Shown here in pieces: positions 39,213 to 61,524 of a stretch of 64,000 bases of DNA. Each line of letters starts with the position of its first letter. Position 1 is the stretch's first letter. The DNA is from the human T2T-CHM13v2.0 reference genome, Homo sapiens: NCBI RefSeq assembly GCF_009914755.1, contig NC_060926.1; one strand, given 5' to 3'. The translations under genes were made by a program, and so were the position numbers. Below the pieces are notes generated by a model, which saw only the letters and a program-made list of their open reading frames with translations, made no database searches and was not told the DNA's origin.

Positions 39213-39969
39213 CTAGCCAACATGGTGAAACCCTAACTTTACTAAAAAAAAAAAATACAAAAATTAGCTGGGCATGGTGGTGCATGCCTGTAGTCTCAAC
39301 TTCTTGGGAGACTGAAGCAGAAGGGTCGCTTAAGCCTGGGAGGCAGAAGGTGCGGTGAGCTGAGATTGTGCCACCGCACACCATCTAGCCTGGCAACAGA
39401 GGGAGACCCTGTCTGAAAAAAAAAAGTATATATATGCTCTAGTGACATTGAAAATGAGAAATCAACAGCTCTTCCCTGATCATTTAAACATGGAAACATC
39501 TGTGGAAGATTGTATTATTGTTCCCAATCATTCACTCCCCCTTCCTGAAAGCTGAGTCCACCTTCTCTCTTATGGGGAAGGAGTATTCATCCAGCCCCAC
39601 TGATCCCATGATGGCCTTTGCCAAGGGCACATGTGTGGACATGAGCCGTGCCCCTTCAGAGCAGAAACTGAGTGCCATTGCTCACTTGCTCTTGTCCTTG
39701 GCCACAAGACTGTATCCCACATGGGGGCTGTTGCTTTGGCTTGCAGTCTAGAATGAAGAAGAATTACAACTACACCTGACACACAGCCAAGAAGAGCCCA
39801 GCCACAACTAGCCTACAAAAGAAATGAAAAACAGGCTGGGCGCGGTGGCTCACACCTGTAATCCCAGCACTTTGGGAGGCCGAGGCGGGCGGATCACCTG
39901 AGGTTGAGAGTTCGAGACCAGCCTGACCAACATGGAGAAACCCCGTCTCTACTAAAAATACAAAAATTA

Positions 39970-40107
<138 letters not shown>

Positions 40108-40281
40108 TCAAAAAAAAAAAAAAAGAAGAAGAAAGAAAGAAAACAGGCCTGGAGCGGGGGCTCACGCCTGTAATCCCAGCACTTTGGGAAGCCAAGGCAG
40201 GCAGATCACCTGAGGCCAGGAGTTTGAGACCAGCCTGGCCAACATGGAGAAACCCCATCTCTACTAAAAATACAAAAATGA

Positions 40282-41367
<1,086 letters not shown>

Positions 41368-41500
41368 TTAAAAAATGAAAAACAGGCAAGAAATAAGCCT
41401 TTATCATTGTGAGCCACTGAGATGTTGGGATGGTTTGTTATCACAGCTTAACCCTGTGAAAACTGACTAAAAAGCATCCTATGATAAATTGGTTAAATAA

Positions 41501-41761
<261 letters not shown>

Positions 41762-41789
41762 TAGTAGAGACGGGGTTTCACCATGTTAG

Positions 41790-42177
<388 letters not shown>

Positions 42178-43067
42178 TAAACTGTATTAAATTTATATTT
42201 AAGTTTATACAGCTATTAAAATTGTTTAAAGATAAAAATTGCTCAAAATATCATTTTCATAAGTGAACAAAAGCAAAGTTTAAAAGTGAAAGTACATCAG
42301 GATCTCAATATTGTAAATGCAAATATGACTTGTATATATATTGGCTGAAGTATGGTCATTTGAATGGTTACTTTTGGCTTTTTTTTTTTTTTTTTTAGAT
42401 GGAGTCTCACTCTGCTGCCCATTTCTCCTGCCTCAGCCTCCTGAGTGGCTGAGATTACAGGCACACACCACCACACTCAGTTAATTTTTGTATTTTTAGT
42501 AGCGATGGGGTTTCACCATGTTGGCCAGGCTGGTCTCGAACTCCTGACCTCAGATGATCCGCCCAACTCAGCCTGCAAAATTGCTGGGATTACAGGCGTG
42601 AGCCACCATGCCCGGCACTTGGGCACTTTTTAAAAAATAAAATGCAGAAAGCCCAGAATTGAGTGGCGATTTTCTCTAGAAAAAGGGATTGAGGGAAAAG
42701 CATGCCCACATGTTAACAGTGGTTCTCTCAAGGGGGTAGAATTGGGGAGGGTGGCTATTCCCCTTTATGCTCATCTACACGTTCCAGCTTATCTATAATG
42801 CCATGTAATACTTTCATATTTTGGAAAAATCATTATACTGCATGGGGATATTGAGAAGAATCACTGGCCAATGGCAGTGTGATGTAGGGAGGCAGGGCTA
42901 CTGTGGGGAAGACAGTAGGGCCCAAGTCCCAGAAGCCCATGGTGGGATGGGGAGGTGGGAGTAGAGAGGGGCTCTTCTGGCCTCCTCCGACCCAGACCCT
43001 CCAGGCATAGACCTAAGCCTACAGCTTTGAAGGTCCTGTGAAAATGTGTGTGACTTTTAAAAAATTA

Positions 43068-43367
<300 letters not shown>

Positions 43368-44477
43368 TTAATTGACTCCAAATATAAAAATTAAAATGCC
43401 ATTTCAAAGTTAATAGATGTTTAAGTGTCTAGGAATTGTAACCTTATGTCAAAAGTCAAATACAGTGGCTGCTTAATGGGTATGGGTTGCCATCCGGTGA
43501 TGAAAAAGCTCTGGGACTAAGTAGTGGTGATGGTCGCACAATATTGTGAATGGTCTTAATACCACTGAATTCTGCACTTTAAAATGGTACGTTTTATGTG
43601 TATTTGACCACCAAAACAAAACAAAAACAAAAAGTTCAATTTCAGTGCAATTCAACTGTTATATAATTACTGCAGATGGAACTCACACTTAGTGGGGGGT
43701 TTGGATGACCTTCTGTGTATTGAATACAATGCTAACCGGACCCCAAAATTAAATTGCTCTGGAAGAGGCAGTGGTTGCTAATGATTCCTGATCTCCTGTC
43801 ACCGGACACCTTGTGGCATGACAGTGAATGGGCAGCTTTTGGGGTAAGGGTGGGAGTGAGGTACAGAGCACAGACCTCCTATTCACCTTGCCACTTGGGG
43901 TCTGGGGTTCAGACTCAAGTCTGAGGGATCAGCCATCCCATAGAATCACAGGCTGCGCTCTCCTGAGATGCCATCGAACCAGCACTTGGAGGCAGCAGAG
44001 AGCTGGATCTGGCTGGGGAGGACATCTGGGTTTCTCCCCATATCCAGGGCTCCTCCCACCCACCCCCACTCTCTTGCCCCTGCCCAACCCTACCAAGACA
44101 GTCTTATCAGTTTGGTTTTCAGAAGATGATGCCATTTCTTTCAGGAAAATTTTTTGCAAGTAAAACCTGAGTGTTCCACCAGCTCCTTCCAGTGGGATAT
44201 TCAAGAGTATTCAAGCAAGACCAGTTTTTACATGTTAAACACATTCCATAATTTAAAACATGTTTTGAATTTCCTCTGAGACAATCCATATGGGTAATTT
44301 CAGGAGTTGGCCTAATAAAGCTCACATCCTATTTTTGTGGGGTATTAATTTTAAGACTTTTCACCTGATACTCATTATGCTGATGTCTTTAAAATGCTAG
44401 GAAACTTTAATAGCAAGACTGGTGGCAACGACGAATGTTTCTTTCTTTTTTTTTTTTTTTTTTTTTTGGAGACGTAG

Positions 44478-44819
<342 letters not shown>

Positions 44820-45171
44820 TAGAAAGCAGTGATAGTCGGCTGGGTGCGGTGGCTCACACCTGTAATCCCAGCACTTTGGGAGGCCCAGGTGGGAGGATCA
44901 CCTGAGGTCAGAAGTTCGAAAGCAGCCTGGCCAACATGGCGAAATCCCATCTGTACTAAAAATACAAAAATTAGCCAGGCATGGCAGCAGGTGCCTGTAA
45001 TCCCAGCTACTCAGGGAGGCTGAGGCACGAGAATCACTTGAACCTGGGAGACGGAGGTTGCAGTGAGCCAAGATCGTACCACTGCACTCCAGCCTGGGTG
45101 ATAGAGCAAGACTCCATCTCAAAAGAAAAAAAAGAAAGCAATGATAGTCACAGGTCTCTTCTAAGATGCTT

Positions 45172-47514
<2,343 letters not shown>

Positions 47515-47609
47515 CTAACAGTAATCCCATACTCCTGGGATAGAGTTCAAGGTGATTAAATGTGCATTTTCCCAGATGTATCTGGGGACACCAGTCCCAT
47601 GAAGTAAGA

Positions 47610-47989
47610 TGCTATGGGCTACAATTTGTCCCCACCTCCAAATTTATATATTGAAGCCTTAACCCTCAATGCGACTGTATTTAGAGATAGGACCTTTAAG
47701 GAGGTAATTAAGGTTAAATGAAGTCATAAGGGTGAGACCTTAATTCAGTAGGACTGGTGTCCTCATAAGAAGAGACATCAGGAGTGCACGTGCTCAGAAA
47801 AAAAGGCCACATGTGAGGCCACAGGGAGAAGGAAGTCGTCTGCAAGCCAGGAGAGGCCTCACCAGAACCAACCCTGCTGGCACCTTGATCTTGGACTTCC
47901 AGCTTCCAGAACTGTGAGAATATAAATTTGTGTTGTTTAAGCCACCCTGTCTGTGGTTTTTGTTATGGTAGCCCAAGCTGAATAATACA
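47610..47989 (+). mobile_element. MaLR LTR (MLT1A-like)
   Basis: tgctatgggct ... gcaccttgatcttggacttccagcttccagaactgtgag ... taataca. Confidence 0.8.
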
Positions 47990-48152
47990 TAAGAGTTCCC
48001 GGGTTAAATAAGTCTGGGAAACGCTGTGTGCAGTACTGGCCTTCCCCCACTCCCCTGGTGATTCACAAAGCTCTTTAGCCTCTTAAAGGCTCAGAGAAGT
48101 TCCTCAGCAAAGAAATTTCTAGTTTCACACAGTGTTTCTCAAATGTATTTGA

Positions 48153-48341
<189 letters not shown>

Positions 48342-49968
48342 TAATTTTTTAATTTTTTGTAGGAACGGGGTCTCACTTTGTTGCCCAGGCTGATCTTGAA
48401 CTCCTGGACTCAAGTGATCCACCCGCCTCACCCTCCCAAAGTGCTGGGATTACAGGCGCAAGCCACCGTGCCCAGCCTGGATCTCATTCTCAATCCCCTT
48501 TCTCTCATCAGGAGTCCAGTCATTGGGTTTAGGGCCCACCCTAAATCCAAGATGATGTCATCTCAAGATCCTTAACTTATTACATCTGCAAAGACCCCTA
48601 TTCCAAATAAGGTCACATTCACAGGGTCCAGGCACACATGTCTATTGAGGGGCACAGTTCAATCCACTGCAGAAGCTAAAGAACAACCAAGGTAGCCGCT
48701 GAGTGTGGACACAGCGCTGGGGGTGAGGGCCCCGCCCCCAGGCTGGTGTCTGCAAGCTGAGGGTCCATCCCCTCCAGGGGACTTGCTGGGGAGAACACCC
48801 TCTCCGCCTAACAGTGCTGGCTGCCAAGTCCTCATTTCCTAAACTCTGCTGACCAGCCCCCACCAACACCTTTCGGTTTGCACCAGGTGGGGCCTATTGC
48901 TCTATTCCTTCTAAATGTGACTTGACTTCCTGACCCTGCCCTTCCTGTTTTGTCCTGGAAGACAAGGCCTGTCTTTCTGGGAAACATTTGCAAAAAAGCA
49001 ATGCTCACCTGGTGGCAGCACGGTAGGCAGGCTCCCACAGGGCCCTCCTGGAGACTTCCTCCCACAGCCCCCTTCCTGCATGCTGCTCTCCTGCCCAGAA
49101 CCCTTCACTACTCCCAGGGCCTCCAGGAGGAAGTAAGACCTCCTGCTCCTCCTTCCAGAGTTAGCCTTCCAGGATTTAGGGAGTGTGTTCCTGCAGCTTC
49201 CCCCCAGGGTCCCACCTCTGTCTGTCTTGGTGCTGCTCCGCCTGGCTGGCACCCCACTCCATCCTCCCCACACCTGTCCATAGCCCTGTTTGCCTACAAG
49301 CCACACAGAGGGTGGGCTCCAGGGTTCTGCAGGTTCCTGCAATGCAAATAAACACAGATCATCCAGTTCTTAGAGGTGAGCTCAGAGAGTCCATGCTAGC
49401 ACATTTTTCCGTGGAGGGGGCTTCCCCAAATCATTCCCTCCTGACTCAAAGAGGCTAAAAACCACAGGTTTAGCGCTGAGGCTCAGAGTAACTCTCCCTT
49501 AGCTAGCAGCCCCAAGGAAAGCTGGCTAAGGTGGAAGAACCCCTCTCTCCACCTGCTCTGCATTGTGGGGACCAGGGCCCTGGTGAGGGCAGGTGCAGGG
49601 AGGATTGGAGGAAGCAGCCGTGAGGTGTGCCCTGAGAGCCATGGACCATCTGCAGGTGCCGGCCTGGAGGCAGAGCCCTTGGGTGCCCCAGGGGAGGAGA
49701 GCTGGCTCCCTGCAGAGGACTGAGAGCTACAAGAAGGAGGAGTAAGGATGGCTTGGGCTCTACCCCCGGGACGCAGATGACTAGCCAATCTCTCCTGGGC
49801 CTGGGAGAGAGCTGGAGAGCCTCAGGACAGAGCCTGGCACCCCCAACACAACCCCATGGTTTGGCCTCTGCTGGACTTGCCTGTAGGTCTTGACAACATC
49901 CCAGCTCCTGGGGATCCACATGCTTCTGGGAACATCCATTTGACCATGGGCTGTGTTGTGATGACAGG

Positions 49969-50328
49969 TGTCAGGCCTCTGAGCCCAAGCTAAGCCATCA
50001 TATCCCATGTGACCTGCACATACACATCCAGAAGGCCGGTTTGTGCCTTAACTGATGACATTGTCTTGTGAAATTCCTTCTCCTGGCTCATCCTGGCTCA
50101 AAAGCTCCCCCACTGAGTACCTTGTGACCCCCACCCTGCCCGCCAGAGAACAACCCCCCTTTGACTGTAATTTTCCTGTACCTACCCAAATCCTATAAAA
50201 CGGCCCCACCCCATCTCCCTTCGATGACTCTCTTTTCGGACTCAGCCCGCCTGCACCCAGGTGATTAAAAGCTGTTATCGCTCACACAAAGCCTGTTTGG
50301 TGGTCTCTTCACACGGACGCGCATGAAA
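49969..50328 (+). mobile_element. HERV-H solo LTR (LTR7 family), short form
   Basis: Starts TGTCAGGCCTCTGAGCCCAAGCTAAGCC and ends GGACGCGCATGAAA; perfect 5-bp TSD ACAGG; TATAAAA and ATTAAA present; 360 bp. Confidence 0.92.
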
Positions 50329-50615
50329 ACAGGAGAGTGACTTGTCTCTCAAATAGAATGATACAGGTTTTTGCAGGCACACTCTGTCTTTAATCTCTGT
50401 GATTCTATCCAGTGTTTAAAGGATTCACAGGACTCATAAGGGAATGAGGGATGGAGGGGCGCTCCACCATGTGGACACATCATAGTTTGACTTCCAGCCT
50501 CTCCAGGCTGGTCTGCACCTGGGCCCCCTTACGCCAATGCATGGCCACCCTCCAGGCCTCTGGGGGCCCTGGGATGACCCACCTCCCGGAGCTCTCGGGC
50601 AGGCTAACCTGGGAT

Positions 50616-52433
<1,818 letters not shown>

Positions 52434-53190
52434 GGGCTGGAGGCTAGAAAAGTTGACTGGAGGGCTGGGGCGGTGGGAGAGGGTGTGTATGTGGTATGGA
52501 GAGGGCTGAAGCACCCTTTGTTTTAGAGATGAGTGAGAGGGATGGTCTCTCAGTTCAATTTGCTTCCCCACTCTATGGGTGTTTGGGTGGCCCCAGGAAT
52601 CCTATTTGCATAAGGGGTCAAAGCCTCCTGGGGACTTGGGAAGAAGGAATTTATTTTAACTTGCAAATGTGTCCTAATAATTAAGTAATACTGAAAGGGC
52701 AAATGAATTGTATGAATTTAAACATGTTCAAAAGCTCAAAAGAAAAAACTTGCCCACAATTCTACCATGACTAGAATTCTGTCTCTGACACTGGCTGCCC
52801 ATTTGTTGCTATTTGTCTCGCATTGTACACTTTTCACTTTCAGGACAGTCTCTTAAAGCAAGAGACCTTTACTGTAGGAAAACTAGAAAATGCAGCTAGC
52901 CCAAGGAAAACAATTTTATTCAGTCACTTGGAATCCTACTACCTGAAGGATCTTGTTTTTGTGTCTTATATTTATTTGACTACTGATACGTTTAAACATT
53001 TTTGCAGGTTTATTAGCTATCTGGATTTCTTTGGGGAATAGTCTGTTTTTGTCTTTTGCATATTCTGTTACTGGTTATCTAATGGTGCCTTATTAATCTG
53101 TTTGGGGTCTTTATATTGTGTTGATGTCAACCCGTCATGGTATTTGTACAAATATTTTTTTCCAGTTTGTGGTTTGTTCTTAAAAATTTT

Positions 53191-53221
<31 letters not shown>

Positions 53222-53262
53222 ACCTATGTCTGTTTTCCCCTTTGAAATTACTTTACTGGCTA

Positions 53263-53451
<189 letters not shown>

Positions 53452-55166
53452 TCACTTGAGCCTGGAAGGCAGAACTTGCAGTGGGCCGATATTGCACCAC
53501 TGCACTCCAGCCTGGGCTACAGAGTGAGACTCCATCTCAAAAAAAGAAAAAAAAAAAAGAAAGAAAAGTACTTTTTCTTCCCCAGATCATGTATTTTATT
53601 TTTTTAGTTTGCTTGTCTCTCTCTCTCTCTCTCCCTCCCTCCCTCCCTCCCTCCCTCCTTGCATTTACCTCTCTGAGCCATCTGGCAGTGAAAGTGAAGG
53701 GCTAACCCAGTGTTTTCCAAATACTTAGCAATCCTCCCAGCACCATTTTGTAACTCAGCCCTCCACTGTCCCTGCTCTCTGCGTCCTCAAGGGCAGTCTC
53801 TGCCTGCTCCAAGCCAACACGTAGGGGAAAACAGCACCCAGGTCCTGCAGTTGCCCCCAAGCCAGCGCTCACACAAAAGCTTGAGCAAGCAAGGTGGGAT
53901 TTTTGATGTTGTGGAGGAGGAGGCAAGGCATTTACCTTGGGGACCTCAACACAAACAACTTGAAAATCCCCTTGGCGTTTCTGTTCTCCCCAAGTCCCAG
54001 CTGCTCCACCCGGGGAGGCCTGACCTTCCCCCTTCCCAGCACTGCTGGCCTCACTGCTCACCTCCAATACCCCCATTTCCCAGGAACTTCCACTCCTCGC
54101 CCCTCACTCCTGCAGAACAACTGGGCTCTACCGCAGCCCCTGCCCAAACCCAACCTCTTCCAGACAGAGGCCCTGTAACAGCATCCACCCTCCCTAGAAA
54201 GCAGGGTGGCAGCGTCCTTTGGAACTTGAGAATGCGTGTGGGTCCCCAGCCCCTACCCCATGGGGCTTATTAACCTGTTTCTTCCAAACAAATCCAGTGT
54301 GTGTTCTAAGGGGAATTCCCACGCCAGCTGCAAGTGCTGCTCCAGCTCCTGGGTTTCTTACACATTCGGGGAATGGGATTACTGGGGAGACGTGGAATCT
54401 GGAGGTCCCCTAGAGGGCTGGTGATCAGAGGGGCTGCCCTGAGAGCTGAGAGCTGGGACAGAGCACCCCTTGGGACAGTCGGCCCGATGACCCAGGTTCC
54501 CAAGGACCTTCCCAGGTCCCCCCACCCCCGCACCGCCCCAAAGAGGCCTCGTTGGCAGGCAGGGGCCATGTGCACTGCCCTCCTCAAGGTGGGCGTGGCC
54601 ATGGGGGCATGCAGACAGGGAGAGCAGAGCCCTGGAAATGTCCAGGCCCACACACCCAGAAGCAGCCATGGGAGGCCCAGTGGGTCCAGATCCCCGTGGC
54701 CACCCGGAGGTGGCAGCAGCTAGAGCAGGGACCACAGTCAGCAGTGCCCATCACAGCAGGTGGAGACAGAGAGTGGCTGCAGCAGGGACACAAGGCTGAG
54801 GAGGGGTGTGCCTAACTGTAATAAACAAAGTTCCGAGCTTCCCTAAAGGGTGTGCTGGCTCCACAACATCAGCCTACACAATCTTGCAGTAGTCGGGAAC
54901 GTGGGCTAGACACGAAGCTCAAAGCCCTGCTGTCCTCTTTGCTGAGCCACGGTTTCCTCACCTGTAAAATGGGGATAATAACAGTACCTACCAGCCGGGC
55001 ACGGTGGTTTATGCCTGTAATCCCAGCACTTTGGGGGGCCGAGGCAGGTAGATCACCTGAGGTCAGGAGTTTGAGACCAGCCTGGCTAACGTGATGAAAC
55101 CCTGTCGCTACAAAATACAAAAATTATCCGGGCACGGTGGTGCACACCTGTAGTTCCAGCTGCTCA

Positions 55167-55310
<144 letters not shown>

Positions 55311-55402
55311 CTACCACCGAGGGCTCTTGGGAGGATTAAGCAGTGCTGCGTGTGACAGTGTCCGGGGTCAAGACTCAATAATGGGTCACATCCTTAGAGG
55401 TC

Positions 55403-56058
<656 letters not shown>

Positions 56059-57208
56059 ATGCCAACTTACTGAATCGGTTCATCAATTCTCTGTTCGCTA
56101 GTGTAGACTGGGGGTCGGGGACGGCAGCTTTTGCTTTTTTGAATGTTGAGTCTTTCCATGCTGAATTTAAGTGAGGAATCTGGCCATAGGTGAGGGGCAG
56201 TGCCAAGGAAGGCTCTGCAGACGGGTGTGGGAGGGGCCTGTGGGAGTGATTTATGGACCAGTGTAGGCAAGAGTCTAGGGATGGAGGGTTCCAGCACCCA
56301 GAGCAGGAGGGAGGTGACCCGAGAGCTGCAGCCATGGCAGCCGGAGGAGCCAGAGTGCTCCCAGAGAGGCAGTGTGGTGGGGCCCCACCACTCAGGTTCC
56401 CTGGGTGACTTTCAGGCTAGGGCTGCTGTTTCTCAGGGTCCCTTTGGTGGTTAGTCACAGGAAGCCCTGGTTCAACTGGCTGAAGCAACATGGAAACAAT
56501 CACCTCCCATCACAGGAAGTCCGGTGGCTGGGTGGCTGCAGGCGCAGTTTGATCAAGGCTTTGCCCTGCTTTTCTGCAATCTCCCTGGTTCGGCCATTCT
56601 CTATGTAGGGCTTTTCTCAGACCAGATGCCCTCATGGTCACAAGAGGCCTAACTGGATATGATCATTTATAGAAGGAGAGGAAGACCATGACTTCCCAGG
56701 CCTCCTAATGAGTGAGGAAACCCCCCACGGGCTCCAGGGAGCCTCCCCTTGCTCTCACGACTCCACAGCCAGGACTGCATGAAGGCCCTGAGCACGGGCC
56801 TGAGCCAGTGATGCCCAGGGAAATGGCTGAGACCACAGGAACCCACCCCTGGAGCTAGACTGGGGCCAGGCCCCTGAAATATCTGAAAATCAGTGTTCTT
56901 TGTGGGGAGGAAGAGGATGGCTAGTACATGGCACCCAGGTCACCGTGTGAAATGGTGGAGCAGCAGCCCGTTGGCACAGCCCCAGCAGGGCCAGCCTCAA
57001 AATGAGGGGCCACAAGCTAACAGCAGGTACCCAGGAAGAAAGGGCTCCTGTGCAGGCCATGGTGGTTTGCTGGGAGAGGGGCCCTGAGACCTCGCTTCCC
57101 GGATGCTGGGGCTGGGGCACTTGGGGTGAGCACTGGAGGGCATGGACAGACAGGGAGATAGCAGTATCCACAGCCCCTCCTCCTCCCCTGCTTCCCCATG
57201 AAGGCTGC

Positions 57209-58168
57209 TGTGGGGAAAAGCAAGAGAGATCAGATTGTTACTGTGTCTGTGTAGAAAGAAGTAGACATAGGAGACTCCATTTTGTTATGTACTAAGAAAA
57301 ATTCTTCTGCCTTGAGATTCTGTGACCTTACCCCCAACCCCGTGCTCTCTGAAACATGTGCTGTGTCAACTCAGAGTTGAATGGATTAAGGGCGGTGCAA
57401 GATGTGCTTTGTTAAACAGATGCTTGAGGGCAGCATGCTCCTTAAGAGTCATCACCACTCCCTAATCTCAAGTACCCAGGGACACAAAAACTGCAGAAGG
57501 CTGCAGGGACCTCTGCCTAGGAAAGCCAGGTATTGTCCAAGGTTTCTCCCCATGTGATAGTCTGAAATATGGCCTCGTGGGAAGGGAAAGACCTGACCGT
57601 ACCCCAGCCTGACACCCGGGAAGGGTCTGTGCTGAGGAGGATTAGTAAAAGAGGAAGGAATGTCTCTTGCAGTTGAGACAAGAGGAAGGCATCTGTCTCC
57701 TGCCTGTCCCTGGGCAATGGAATGTCTCGGTATAAAACCCAATTGTATGCTCCATCTACTGAGATAGGGAAAAACCGCCTTAGGGCTGGAGGTGGGACCT
57801 GCGGGCAGCAATACTGCTTTGTAAAGCATTGAGATGTTTATGTGTATGCATATCTAAAAGCACAGCACTTAATCCTTTACCTTGTCTATGATGCAAAGAC
57901 CTTTGTTCACGTGTTTGTCTGCTGACCCTCTCCCCACAATTGTCTTGTGACCCTGACACATCCCCCTCTTCGAGAAACACCCACAAATGATCAATAAATA
58001 CTAAGGGAACTCAGAGGCTGGGGGGATCCTCCATATGCTGAACGCTGGTTCCCCGGGTCCCCTTATTTCTTTCTCTATACTTTGTCTCTGTGTCTTTTTC
58101 TTTCCCAATTCTCTCGTTCCACCTTACGAGAAACACCCACAGGTGTGGAGGGGCAACCCACCCCTACA
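57209..58168 (+). mobile_element. HERV-K(HML-2) solo LTR, LTR5_Hs type
   Basis: Starts TGTGGGGAAAAGCAAGAGAGATCAG and ends CCCCTACA; 960 bp; perfect 6-bp TSD GGCTGC (57203-57208, 58169-58174). TATAAAA at 57731, AATAAA at 57993. Confidence 0.96.
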
Positions 58169-58306
58169 GGCTGCTATCTGGCTTGGAGGATCCTTTGATG
58201 GGGAGGGGTGGGGCGAGGCTGTGGGAAAGTGGGCCGAGGCTGGGAGCACCTCCTCTGCTTCCTTGGGTGAAGAGCCTGGACAGATGGGGCTCTGCTTCTG
58301 CCCTGA

Positions 58307-58666
<360 letters not shown>

Positions 58667-59249
58667 TAGCCAGGATGGTCTCGATCTCCTGACCTCGTGA
58701 TCTGCCCGCCTCAGCCTCCCAAAGTGCTGGGATTACAGGCATGACCCGCTTTTATTTTTTTTAAATGTAAAAGCTGCTTTGTATTAAAGACATATAATCC
58801 CAGCACTTTGTGAGACCAAGGCGGGAAGCTCTCTTGAGGCCAGGAGTTTGAGACAAGCCTGGGCAACATATGAGACCCTGTCTGCCGCCACTGTAGGACT
58901 TTGAACAGGCCTCCTTAACCTCTCCAGGCCTCGGTTTCCTCATCTGTAGACATCTGGAAAAACAGCAAGCCCTGCCTCATGAAGATGCTGGAAGAATTAA
59001 TTGATTTGCATTTACAGAGCTTAACATTGTGCTGTCTAGTGGAAGAAAACGTGTTCACATCTGGAGCTGGGAGGACTTCTGGGGTGCAATAGGCACCACC
59101 TACCTGATGCCACTGCCAGGAGGCTCTTGGCTGCCACTTGTGGATGAACCACTCACACCAGGCAATGGTGGAGCTTCCGGTGAGAAAACCCTTCAAAGGA
59201 CAAATCATCCATGAGCTCTCGACAGTAGGCAGCCTGTCCATAAGAGATG

Positions 59250-60258
<1,009 letters not shown>

Positions 60259-60504
60259 TGCTGTCCAGCACTCTCCAGGGCACTGTGACCTCCATTACCT
60301 CCTTGCATTCTCACAACAATGCTTTCGGGAAGTGCTTGGTTTTTCCAAACAACCAATTCTTCAGTTCTCTGACACTAACTGGGTGTTCTGCAATTCCATT
60401 CAATTCCTTCAATAACTACTCAGAGTTAGCACAGACTCTGAGTCCAGAGGCCAAGGGGCTTAGTTCTGCTTCAGATGACAGCCATAAATGGGGTCCCCTG
60501 GCTA

Positions 60505-60747
<243 letters not shown>

Positions 60748-60892
60748 TCAGGCGTGGTGGTGCACGCCTGTAATCCCAGCTACTCAGGAGGCTGAGGCAG
60801 GAGAATCACTTGAACCTGGAAGGCAGAGGTTGCAGTGAGCTGAGATCATGCCACTGTACTCCAGCCTGGGAAACAGAGCCAGACTCCATCTC

Positions 60893-61124
60893 AAAAGAAG
60901 AAAAAGAAGAAGAAGAAGGAGGAAGAGGAAGAGGAGAAGGAGGAGCAGGAGGAGGAGAAGAAGAAGAAGGAGAAGAAGAAGAAGAAGGAGGAGAAGAAGA
61001 AGAAGAAGAAGAAGAAGAAGAAGAAGAAGAAGAAGAAGAAGAAGAAGAAGAAGAAGAAGAAGAAGAAGAGGGAGGAGGAGGAGGAGGGGGAGGAGGAGGA
61101 GGAAGAAGAGGAAGAAGAAGAGAG
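60893..61124. repeat. Polypurine (GAA/GGA)n tract from an Alu tail, including pure (GAA)25 at 60993-61067
   Basis: Counted directly; only one pyrimidine (C at 60946) in ~230 bp. Confidence 0.97.
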
Positions 61125-61524
61125 CCTCTGTCCCTGTGGAGCTGGGGTGGCCTTACTCCCCACACATGGATGTATTCAGCAACCCAGAAACTCCCCAAAC
61201 CTCGTTGCTGAAGTTTTCACTGGGGAGGCATGATTGATTAAATCGTTGGCTACTGGTAACCAAACTCATTCTCCAGCCTCCTGGAGGAAGGGGGAGGACG
61301 CGGGGCACAGGGGTGCTGAAGTTGCACCAACCCTCTTCTCATCAAGGTGGTTGGTTCCTGTGGTGACCAGCCCCATCCTGAAGCTATGGGGTGGGGAGGC
61401 CCTATCAAGAGTCACCTCATTAGCATAAACTAAGATATGGTCAAAGGGGCTTCTTATGAATAACAAAAGACATTCCTATCTCCAACCCGGTGGCAGGTGC
61501 CTATAGTCCCAGTTGAGGTGGGAG

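Noticed and set aside
60806-61237. Poly-Glu, poly-Arg, poly-Ser and poly-Phe ORFs
   Set aside because: Artefacts of the GAA/GGA tract plus Alu sequence.
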